From Hydrolagus colliei (taxonomy: Eukaryota), in assembly GCA_035084275.1 (NCBI GenBank), contig CM068771.1, positions 5,084,001-5,148,000 on the forward strand: a DNA stretch of 64,000 nt, written 5' to 3'. Positions 1-11,700 of the stretch are shown here, one piece after another (within the stretch, counting starts at the first letter, position 1; each line of letters starts with the position of its first letter). The notes below the pieces were generated by a model. It saw only the letters and a program-made list of their open reading frames with translations, was not told where the DNA came from and made no database searches. The position numbers and the translations under genes were made by a program.

Positions 1-174
1 AATCAGTCACTTTACTCCACGACTTTTGGTGGGCAAACCTTCAGCCACTCTGCCCCCAACTTCTGGAACTCCATCCTATCGTTCCTCCACATTGTCCTCT
101 CCCTGGCCTCCTTCAAGTCCTGACTCAAGACCCTCATCTTCAATGGTCCCATTGGTCACCCAAAATCCCCCCCA

Positions 175-445
175 TGTCTACGGATGACATCGCTCAGAGG
201 AAGCAATATATATAGAAATAAAAGAGGGCCAAGGATGGAGCCCTGGGGTACCCTGCGGTTGACCAGACAGGCATTTGCTGAGATGAACTGGAGACGGTCA
301 GTTAACCATGCGGAAGCAGTCCCACTAAGTAGGATGAGGGTGGTGGAGGGCGATAGCGTGGTCAACTGTGTCAACTGTGCAGCAGAGCAATCCAGGAGAA
401 TGAGGAGGCAGATGGAGAGGGTGTCATTTGTAACTTTGACTGTCA
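175..445 (-). mobile_element. L2 LINE RT fragment
   Basis: ORF 156-446 contains LLDCSAA...WLTDR...VPQGSILGPLLF. Confidence 0.8.
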
Positions 446-1165
446 CTCACAATAAATTCGACATTGTCTGTATCTATCTAATTGCCGGTAGGTCTGCCTG
501 TGTCGTTATATCTTATTCTTTTGCACACCGCGTGACAGTAGAACAAGTGGATTGCTGTAATTTAACCAATTACAGCAATCCACCTTATCAATACAAGTGA
601 ATGTGGGAAGAGATTTGAACTCTATTTACACGAGCCATGGGCTGAAAAAAGGGCAGCACCTGTTAAAACAGAACTAGACAACCACAAGTTGCTAACTCAT
701 AGATCGCAATTTTCAAAGAAAGAAGTAAATTGTCTTTAATGATCAGGCAGATACTGAAGCAATCGATTACCAAATGCAATAACAAGCAGGGAATGTCTAA
801 TCTAAACAAGTACAAGCCTTTCTCCCTTCTTCGGTCTGGACTATGTCATACAACTGACATTTGCTGATAGCCCTACTGACCTCTGGAATTTCTAAGGGAG
901 ACTAAGAAACAGCTAACATGGTTTCCAACTTTTAACATGGTTTCCACACCTGTATCAGAGTGTATGATTTCAAATGCATTGAGACTATCACTCCAAAGCA
1001 GCACTGAGTTGTTGGAGATATGACATGTGCCTACTAATTCTACAGTCACTACACTTTATAATTTATCCTATGAATCACTTTAAGACAGCTAACCAATGTT
1101 AAAAAGTGCTCTATCAAATGTAAGATTCACTATTTTTATTATGTTCTTTGGCAGTTGCTGGATCA

Positions 1166-1430
1166 AGAACACAAGAACATAAGAATTAGGAGCAGGAGTA
1201 GGCCATTCAGCCCTTTGAGCCTGATCTGCCATTCAATAAGATCATGGCTGATCTTCTCACCTAACTTTGATTACTTGCCCTATCCCCATATCCCCTAATC
1301 CCTCTATTTTTCAAAAATCTATCAGTCTCAGGCTTGAAAATGTTCAAGGACTGAGCATCTACAGCCTTCTGGGGGAGTGAATTCCATAAATTCACTACCC
1401 TCTGAGTGAAGAAATGTTTCCTCAAAATGT
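1166..1430 (-). mobile_element. CR1 3' fragment
   Basis: FFTQRVVNLWNSLP...DRFL...GYG C-terminus plus 3' UTR and tail. Confidence 0.85.
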
Positions 1431-2014
1431 TTCCATCAACAAAAAACAATTACATCTCTATAGGTACTTTCATGTTGGAGGATATCTCAAGGAGCTCAAG
1501 AGTCAAGGGTTTACATGCAAGATGGGGTTACATTGGGGGTGGAGAGCAGGGATGGTCAGGGTAGGTGACCAAAAGTGTGCTCAAAGAATGTCTTCAGATG
1601 TACCTTAACGGAGGCATGGGAGGGGGCTCATACATCTTGTGCACATTTCACCTATAAAATTTAGTCAATTCACTTACAGTATATAAGGAATAACTATATC
1701 AAATGTAAGTATCATTGTCGAAACCGATCAACACACACATAATATAGTCTTGACATAAGACTATACTATGCTATGATACAATAAGATATAATAGAGTCTT
1801 CGCGTTTGATAAAGCGCCTTATCATGTATTTGAGATGTCATAAAGCATTTCATAGAATATAATGTAAAGTAAATTGACTGTATATATTGTGGGCTAAACA
1901 TAGCGAGACAAACAGTCGTAGATTGAGTAACCTTTTTTTTTATTGAGGAATTATTACCTCTGGAAAAATTATCTACCAATCGACTAGCAACCAGGTTCCT
2001 ATTTACTGCTAGAT

Positions 2015-2355
2015 AATATAATAATAATAATAATAATCCTTGCATTTGATATAGCGCTTTTCACATCTTAACAACATCCCAAAGCGCTTCACAGAATATA
2101 AAGTGAATTGACTGTATATTTGTGGGTGAATCGTGGCAGCCAATTGCACACGGCAGTGTCCCACAAACAGTCGTGGATTGAAATGACCAATTTTATTATT
2201 GTGGTTTTTTTGGACGGATTATTATTAGGTGTATGTGTGTGGAGTAAGGAAACTTGCCCAGGGTTTCACCCTGACCTGCCTGGATTCGAACACAGGTCTC
2301 CCCAGCTTGGTCTCTCCAGCTTGCAAGACAATTGCTTTAAGCCACAGGAGCTCCA
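2015..2355 (-). mobile_element. SINE2 copy
   Basis: Reverse complement of the 34247 family. Confidence 0.85.
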
Positions 2356-2716
2356 GGTAAACAGAGGCATGTGGAGTAAGGAAACTTGCTAATGTTTCGC
2401 CCAGCCGGGAATTAAACCCAGATCTCTAGCTTACGAGGCGAGTGCTCTAACCAGGACTCTGGTTAGGACTCTACACATTGTCAAATTAAGCAAATTTTAA
2501 TGACTTCCACCTTCAAAATGAAAACTTATTTTACGTTTTGGAGTTGTTAAAGGGCTACTCAGCAAATACATAAAAAGAATGTTTTTTCATCTTTAAATTG
2601 TTCAAGCTAGTGGTAACAGTGATGAGACAATTGCCAAATCCTATTCCTAAAAATTAGAAATTGGTTTGTGTATTTTACCTTCACAAATATGTCGTGCGTT
2701 AAAACCAGAGGAATGT

Positions 2717-2757
2717 TCATTTTCTGACGTGTTTGATTGGATGCTGCCAGTTCTGCA
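2717..2757 (-). CDS. Gene A terminal coding exon (tail [13 protein letters not shown])
   Basis: tttgcag acceptor; 41 nt, same length as and similar sequence to the gene B terminal exon. Confidence 0.78.
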
Positions 2758-5700
2758 CTGCAAATCAAATCATGTGCATTCAAAATAAAGTGCTGTTCCA
2801 ACGAATCACTTTTTATTTGAACTGTTATAAAGAGTTAAGAGATTAAGTGGATTAAGGGATTTGGGCCAAATATTAATGAGTTGCATTTGGAGGGATTGGA
2901 GAAGAGAGTTCCAAAACTTCATGGTGTAGTGACTGAAAGCATGGCGAATGATGGGGAAGCGGAGGGGACAAGAGACAAGCAGCAGGCTAGAGCCAGCTAG
3001 ATAGAGGCAGCAGGTAGTGTAGTGGGTGGAAAGTAGCTTGGGGTTGCTGGCGGAGTGGGATGGGGGAGGCTGTGGGTAAGATACTACTTCATGAAGGGAC
3101 AACAATCCATTCTGTGCTGAGGGAAAGGGTAGCAAGGACTGGTGTGATGTGGGTAAGGAGTTTAGTATGGGTGAGTATATTAGAGTGGCGTAGTTTGGGA
3201 GTTGTAGTTAGTGGGTAGTGGTGCTGGGGAGACCGATGAAACCTAAATTATCACAGATATAGTGGGAAAAGAATAGGTTGATATACAATTTCTATTTCTG
3301 TTAATATCAAGGTGGAAATTTGTTTATAGCGATTGTTACTTACTCCATTTCAGAACTAGTGTATAGAGTATTAGAACACCAACCAAATAGACAATGATTG
3401 AGATAGTAGTCACAACTGTCAGTGAGGAGAATGGAATCTTACACATCTTCACTGTAGACAGAAACACAACGGTCTGAATTACAAATTAAATAAAACATCA
3501 AACGATGTTTCCCCCTCAAAATGTACAGTCAATCCACTTTACAATGTATTCTGTGCAGTGCTTTAAGATGTCTCGAAAATGTGATAAGGTGCTATATCAA
3601 ACGCAAGGATTCTGACTAAGTTTGTCAAGCAGGGGGGGCAAGCGGAGGAGCACGATAGGAGGATATTGGGCACTTATTGGATACCAATAGCTCAGTTGCA
3701 AGAGCACTCAGGGTTCAATTCCCGACAGGCAAAAGATTGGGGAAGTTCCTTACTCCACTGCCTCAGTTTACCTAGTAATAAGTAGAAACCCAGTTGTTGG
3801 TCAATTGGTGGATCACATTTTCGGGGGTAATAAGAAAGAAAGATATGTCTGAGATCCAAATGTGAAAGTTCAATATTTTTCACTTATTTCAAAATACTCA
3901 CTGTTCCGTACTGCTGTATGAATTTGGATAGTTGTAATGCACACAGCAATTAATCCGTACCCTAGAATAATATTGCGATGAGCTGTTATGAAAAAGAATT
4001 GAATAAACCATCAGAAAGCAAATAGGAATGGAGTACAGGGGTCAGCATTTAACAAATGAGAGCTAGGCCATTTAGGAGTAAAATCAGGAAGCATTTTTTC
4101 CAGCAAAGGGGAGTGTAAATCTGGAACACCCCCAAAAGGCTGTGGATGCTGCATCAATTCAAATTTTCAAGACTGAGGTAGATAGATTTTTGGTAGGTCA
4201 GGGAATCAAGGGATAAGGAGAAACAGGAAACAGCTTTGGAGTCGAGGTACAGATCAACCATGATCTAGTAGATGGTGTAACAGGCTTGAGGGGCTGAATG
4301 GCCTTCTATGTTCCAATTACATGCTTCGGATACAACAACAATAAAAGTATGTTTGTAAAGTACACTTAAAACAACAACAAAATTACATTTATAGAGTGCC
4401 TTTCACATCGGGAGGATGTCCCAAAGGGCTGAACAGTTAGGGATCAAGTATGGGGGCAGGGTTGGGTGAGGGAGGGTAGTGGGTAGGAGTTCAATTAAAG
4501 GAATGGTCAAAAAAGACGGTCTTCAGTTGGGCCTTGAATGAGGTAAGAGAGGGAGCAAAGGGATTATGGGATGGAGTCTCAAAGCCTGGTGACAGAGAGG
4601 CTGAAAGCCCAGCCACCAATGGTACGGTGGGTTGGACAGAAGATATGGAGCAGTCTGGATCTTACTGAGTGAAGGGATTAGACAGGTTGGTAGGTGGTCA
4701 ACATGTCAGAGAAAGAAGGAGAAAGAAAGGCTATGGGAGGCCTTGAAAGTGAGGACAAGATCCTGAATGAGATTCTCTGAGGGACGTGGAGCCAGTGGAG
4801 CCGAGCAAGTGTGTGGGTAATGGGGGTTGCAGAGCCTGGTGCAAGAGAAGACACAAGCTGCAGAGTTCTGGATGATCTGCAGCTTGTGGAGGGAAGAGTT
4901 GGGGAGGCCAATGAGGAGGGAGTTTCCACAGTTGCGTCTTGAGGTGACAAATGCATGTATGAGAGTTTCAGCAGCCTGACGGGTGAGGCAGTGGCAGAGT
5001 CAATCAATGTTGCTGTTCAGGGAAGGCAGAGCAGGTCATGTCATGGATATGGGGAGAAAGGACAGTTGAGGGTCAAACAAGATACCCAGATTTCTGACTG
5101 GCTTGATGAGGTGGAGTGTGCTACCATGGATGACGCTACCAGAGCCTGAGGTGTAGAGGCACTGGCATGAGCCAATCATGAGGGCATCGGTCTTGCTGAC
5201 ATTCAGATGTAGAAAATTGGCTTTCATCCATGATTTGGTATTAGACAGACAGTCTATCAGGATGCCATTTTTCAGAATATTCCAGGTTACAGTAAATGAG
5301 TAATTTGAGGTTCAATAGCTTGGAAGAACCACCCATTTGGGATCTAAGGTTCCCTAAAATTCCCACTATGATGGTACACTAACCCATACAGAATCCATTG
5401 CTATCAATATCTGTATTATTGTTTTATTATTATTTGTATCGCATCAAGCGACTACTAGAAGGCAGACTAGATGGATTTTTTTTAAAAAGATCTCGGAATG
5501 CCTTCTCATTGCCCCGTCCTCCCCATCTTCAAATACCACCACCTAAGCACCTATGTTTTTGATGATGCTTTTGGTCACTTCCCCAGTTCCACTCCCCTCA
5601 GCTCATCGTCAGCCACTGTAAAGTGCTTTGACATGCTACCCCGCATGGAGGACGCTACACGAATGCAAGTTGTTGCTGTTATTGTTGTATCTTCCTATAT

Positions 5701-8700
5701 TGAAACTCAACCATGAAAATAACTTACTTTTAGTTACCAAAAACGAACGTTTTAGGTGAGTTTCAGGGCGGATGTACAAAAAGACGATGTAGGAAATCAT
5801 TGTTATGACGGCAAGAAATATAAATCCTGAAAGAACTCTGTATGTTACAGTAAATCCTAGGAAAGAAGAAAATAAAGATTAAGACTGAAATAGACAGAAT
5901 GCAAAAATAGAAGTTCTAACAACCACAATTACAACTTGGATTTATATAGCACCCTCCACGCCAAATGGTGTCGCAGAGTGCTTCACAATAGTGGAGCCTG
6001 GTGATGAGCCAGGGGGAGGGAAAAGGTGACCGCAATAGGCACAGTCAAACAGAAAGGTCTTCAGACACAACCTGAAAATGCGAAAGGAGGGTTGAGGCAA
6101 AGGGATTGAGGGAGGAAGTTTCAGAGTTTTGGGGGCATAGTGGCTGAAGGCATGAAGGCATGGCTGCCAATGTTGGAGCGGAGGATTCGGGGGACAAGGA
6201 GCAGGCCAGAACCAGTAGAGCAGTGGATGTCAATACTGCTGTGAGGAGAGAGATTAGGGAGGTAGGCGGGTGCAGATGTGGAGTTCTAAATATATAATAC
6301 ACAATCAATTCCTATTTGCCAGAACAAAGGTTATTTCTAGTCATTTTATTAGAGTGGAGTCCTGTAGAGCAGTGATTAGGGCCTTGCAAGCGAGAAGACT
6401 CAGGTTTGATCCCTGGGCTTCGTGAAACCTATGTCATGGTTCCTTACTCCATACACTTCTGTTTACCTGAGGAGGAATGTAAATAGGAGTGAAACCTTGG
6501 CACCTGACAAAGAGCCAGGAAATAATAATAATCCTTACATTTGCTTTAGTGCCTCAACTAGGGTCCATTGATATGGAAATTTTCCGACATCGATATATTG
6601 GTTGGCTCACATCGATATATACCGATATCTCCGGGGCTTTTTGCACTGCTCGTGAGCGCGCATTCAGAGGTGTGCGGGCATTCGGAGGTGTGCGCGCATT
6701 CGGGGTGCGTGTGCATTCCATGCTCTAGGCCCAGGAGGTTTGCAATGCCGGCGACAAGGTAAGTTAAAAAAGTTTGCTTTATACCTATATATACCGATAT
6801 ATCAATATATCGCTGGACACAATATACCGATATTTGTGATATATTGATTTTTTTCATATCGAATTTTTCAATATATATTGATATATTTGAATTTCCAATA
6901 TCGGCATATCGATATGAAAAATTATACTGATATAACCGATATATCGATATATTGCCAGACACTAGCCTCAACACATCTTTGAGACATCTCAAAGCGCTTC
7001 ACAGAACATACTATCAAGTAAATTGACTGTATATTTTGTGAGCGAAGTGCAGCAGCCAATTGCACACAGCAGTGTCCCACAAACAGTCGTGGATCAAAGT
7101 GATTAATTTATTACTTTTTTTAATGGAATTATTATCCTGGAAAAACGATCTGGCAACCGACCAATAATCAGGTTCCTACTTACATGGGCATATGGAGTAG
7201 GAAACTTGCCCAACATGTCATTCTGCTGGGAATCAAAGCAAACCAGGTCTCTCGCTGGCAAGGCAAGTGCTCTAAGCTGCAGGATTCCTGTATGTAACCA
7301 CCGTTCAAATTTAAATATGACAAAATCAAAACAAAACTTACCTTTGTCTATTACACCCAGAAAAGATGCAGTCAACGTGCAAATCAAGGCGAGCATTTGA
7401 AAGAATACACAAACAGCAGTCAATTGCACATGGCGTTTGTAAACTATGAATAAAACAAATTACTGAAATTACTTTATGAGAAAATCAGTCTATTATGTTT
7501 CAAACTAAGGCCTATCTAAATGCTTAAAATTCAAACACTTGCATACTTTATGAACTTCTATTATCTTCTCAGACAAAAAACATCCATTACCTCTATATTC
7601 CAATAAGGCAATGAAGATTATGTATACTGATGCTACCAAAGATAATAAATTGCTGATCAGTGCAATGATGAAGGCAATGAGAGTTTGTTTATGAACTATC
7701 AAAATCCCTTAAAGAGAAAACAAGTAAACAGATGTGAATATACTTTAATTTAGTTCAGGTTTAAAAAAAATGTCAAACAATACGTATACTACAGACAGGC
7801 TAGTATGCAAGTAACATTAAGCAACAAAATTAAAAGCAAAATTCTGGCTGAATACAACAATAACAACTTGCATTTATATTATTTAGTAGGGTCCGTCGAT
7901 ATAGAAATTTTCCGATTTAGATATATCGATGGGCTCATATCGAGATATACCGAAATACCGATATTTTCGGGTTTTTCGTACTGCGCATGCGCGCGGCGTG
8001 CGCGCATTCAGGGTGCACGCGCGTTCCAGGTGCGTGCGCATTCCGGGTGCGTGCACATTCGGGGCCTATCTCCTCAGGAGGTAAATATCTTTCTCTCTCT
8101 GTGTCTCTCACTCTCTCCATCTCTGTGTTTTTCTCTCTGTGTCTCTCTCCTCTCTCACATCCACCCAGTCTCCACCCCGCCGCCGTCCTTCTCTCCTCCC
8201 GCCGCCTTTCCTCTCTCGCACCCCCCACCCCCGTTGTCTCTCTCCCCCCCCACCCTCCCCAGCCGTCTTTTTCCCCCTCCCCGTCTCTCTCTCCCTCCCA
8301 CCCCCCGCCGTCTCTCTCCCCCACCCAGCCGTCTCTCTCCCACTCCCCCCAGCCGTCTCTCTCCCCCTCCCCTCCCCCCCAGCCGTCTCTCTCCGCTCCC
8401 CCCGCCCCCAGCCGTTTCTCTCCCCCTCACCTCCCCCCACCCCCAGCCTTCTCTCCCCACCCCTACCCCTTGCATACCTGTATATTGTATTCTAGGACTA
8501 TGAATACAATATGGCAGCTTTGCACCTCTGTCTGTGCATTGTGTATAGAGATGAGCATTCTGGGTCTTGTAGTTCAGTGTGCACGCATTCCGATTTTTTA
8601 CCTCGTTATATCGACTTTTTGATATATCGATATTTTTGAAATGCCTATATCGGCGTATCAATCTGAAAATTATATCGGGTTTTAGAGATATATCGATATA

Positions 8701-11700
8701 TCGCTGGACCCTAGTATTTAGTAGGTCAATGTAAGGTAGGTCACTGTAAGCATGTTCAAAGATGAAGGCCTTCAGGCTCCTGAATATGGGGAAGGAGGGG
8801 GCAAGGTGAAAGAGAGTGCTCCAGAGTTTGGGAGCAAAGTGTCTGAAAGCGTAGCCACCGATGGTTCCATGGATGGCACAAGGAAACCTGTGAAGCAGAG
8901 GTATAAATACCTGGAGTGGAATAAATACATGTGAAGCACTTGGACACATTTCAATGTTGTAGGTATTATATTAAATGTAAGGATTATTGTTGGGTGGAAC
9001 CTCTGTCACAGCATAAATTTTCCAGACTGAAGTAGATGGAAATACATTAGCTAAACGTAACGAGGGATATGGGGCAAGGGTGGGTAATTGGAGTTGAGGT
9101 ACCGATCAGCCATGATCTTATAGAATGGCAGAACCTATACTGTAGGCTCGAGGTTTGCTAGTTCTGTACGGCACTGAAAATATTCTACACTGAATATTAA
9201 ATAATATCTATTGATTATGTCTATATTGAGCACTCATATGAATACAAATATTGTATAGGTTATAAAACCTACCATCGACCAAAAGTTGAAGTGAGTTTCT
9301 GTTCATGCTGACGTGATTTCTCACCATGCAGGTATACTTGCCACAATCTGTGAGTCTTAGATTTTTAATTGTCAGTGTACTATTGTTCAATATTACATCC
9401 AAATGGTTGTCATCGAGTATCATTTCATCGTTTTTCATCCAAGACACGCTATAAAACATTTTGTTGAGGGCAAGACAACTCAGCACCACAATATCACTCA
9501 CAAAGGCGGGATCCTTAAGAATCAATGGAATTGGCAATCTTTCTGTCGGAGAGAGAAAAGTGAGTGACCAATTTGTTGGTAATAACATTTGATGCAAGGC
9601 AATCTAGTGGTAAATTCATTCCTTTACTAACTGCAGAGAGTGGGGAGGGGTGGGGGAGATATTGCTGTCTGCAAGAAGGGTTTTAAGACTTATCTTGAAG
9701 GAGGCCAAGGGGGGCATAAGGCTGTGGAATGTAGTTCCAGAGGGTGAGGGCAGCATTGTTTGCTGTTGTAGGCCCGCCAATGATAGGACGAGCAAGGTGG
9801 GGGACATGAAGCAGGTTGGAGTCCGCTAAGCAGAGTTAGGGTTGAAGGCAAGGATGAGGATTTTCAAATCTATCTTCTGGGGGATTGGAAGCCAGTGGAG
9901 CCGGGTGAGTAGAGGAGTAAAAGGATCACAGAGCTTGTATTTACCATGAGAGAAAAACAGAACATTTCCTCAATTAGTTGGTATTGCATTGGAGTCAACA
10001 TCCACCTCAGGAACATTGGATGTACAGTTTACCCCAAAGTAAAGCAGCTGAAATTTATTTTTAAATGTTCCTACACTAATCTGTCTCATACCTCACCTTT
10101 TTGTTTTGCCAAGGAAGCTATTCTCTATTTAAATTCCAAGCACTTTGGGATATTCTCCCAACATGAAAGGCACTGTGTAAATGTAATTCATTGTACAGTA
10201 AAAGCTCCTTTATCCAGCACCCTCGGGACCTGACCAGTTAATTAAATATGCCGGATATTCGAGAGGCAAGTTACCAAAAATCATATACAAAAAATTAACT
10301 TATTTTAAAACAAACCAAATTAATAATAGATTAAATAATAATAGAATATTGTATGAATACTTACCAATAAAGCATTCCAGCACACTTGGTAAAATGATAA
10401 GTGAAATAAAAATTCTGTTATGTTTAATAAGTGCACATTGCAAGCATGCGCAAAGTGAGCATACTTACAAGTGTCCCGAATGGCTCCAGTATGAGATCCG
10501 TTGGCTGGAATGCTGAATTGTATTGAGAGATACCGGTTGGGGTTGACATTCCGGTTGGTTGGGTGCTGGATAAACAAGCTTTTACTGTAACTAGAAATAG
10601 TACTCACCTTCAATTATCAACTCTGTGTAGACCTCATTTATTTCAGTAACCATGGTTAGACGATCAAGCTTTTCTGATCTTTTACAATATAGACCACTGT
10701 CCTCTCTTTCTAATTGACTCAATAGAAGAGATCCATCACTTATATTTGCTCGATGCCTGAATAGGTGATTCAGAGAACCAGTACCATAACGGGTAATGTA
10801 GCTTCCGATTATTATCTCGCTTTCACGTATAATTTGTTTCCATTGCACAAAATCAAGTGTTTTGAGAGTACTGTTTGTGAACCCAGCAAGTAAAACTGAA
10901 GAGCCCAGTTCACCATAAATGGTTTTTCTATATTCAACCTTCTTCTTTTCTTCTGAAGAATCTGCAAGAAATACAATTATAGCAATATAAGTGTTAACTG
11001 TTATTCAAACAGTCAAAAAAATCCACCAAAAAATTTAGTTTCAAGCAGCAAAGAATAACAGATTCATAATAATACTTAGAATTGAATTGTATATTGTCCA
11101 TTATCATGACTAGAGACACCCCAAGGTGCTTCGCAGAGTTTAATGTAAAGTGAATTGACTGTACATTTTATGGGTGAAACACACCAGAAAGTTGTACACA
11201 GCTGTGTCCCATAAACAGTCATGGATTGAGTGACTGGGGATTATTGTCCCTGGAAAAGCAATCCTCTGATCAACTGATAACTGGGTTCCTGCTTAGTGTT
11301 GGGTAAACAGAGGTCGTGTGGATTAAGAAAACTTGCCCAATATTGCACACGGGAATCAAACCCAGGTCTAACCATGAAGTTACAGGACTCCACTACAACA
11401 ACAACAACAACAAAATTACATTTGAATAGTGCCTTTCACGTCAGGAGGACGTCCCGAGGTACCAGACAGTCATTGTTTCGGACCCGAGTTAGAGTGAGAG
11501 GTGGGGATTTGGGGTGAACGATGGCACCGTCAAAGAAGGGGGTCTTGAGATGAGACTTGAAGGAAGACAGGGAGGGCACGAGGCAAAGGGACTGCGGGAT
11601 GGAGTTCCAAAGGCTGGGGCAGAGTGGCTGAAGGCTCACCCGCCAATGGTGGGGCGGGTGGGTTGGGGGACATGGAGCAGGCCAGAGGCCTGCTGAGTGG

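Noticed and set aside
5340-5410. Possible TM4 exon of gene A ([13 protein letters not shown])
   Set aside because: In-frame TAG and no pyrimidine tract; the true homolog is at 3902-3982.
7805-8622. Pro/Ser- and Gly/Arg-rich overlapping ORFs
   Set aside because: Low-complexity C-rich expansion inside a hAT MITE.
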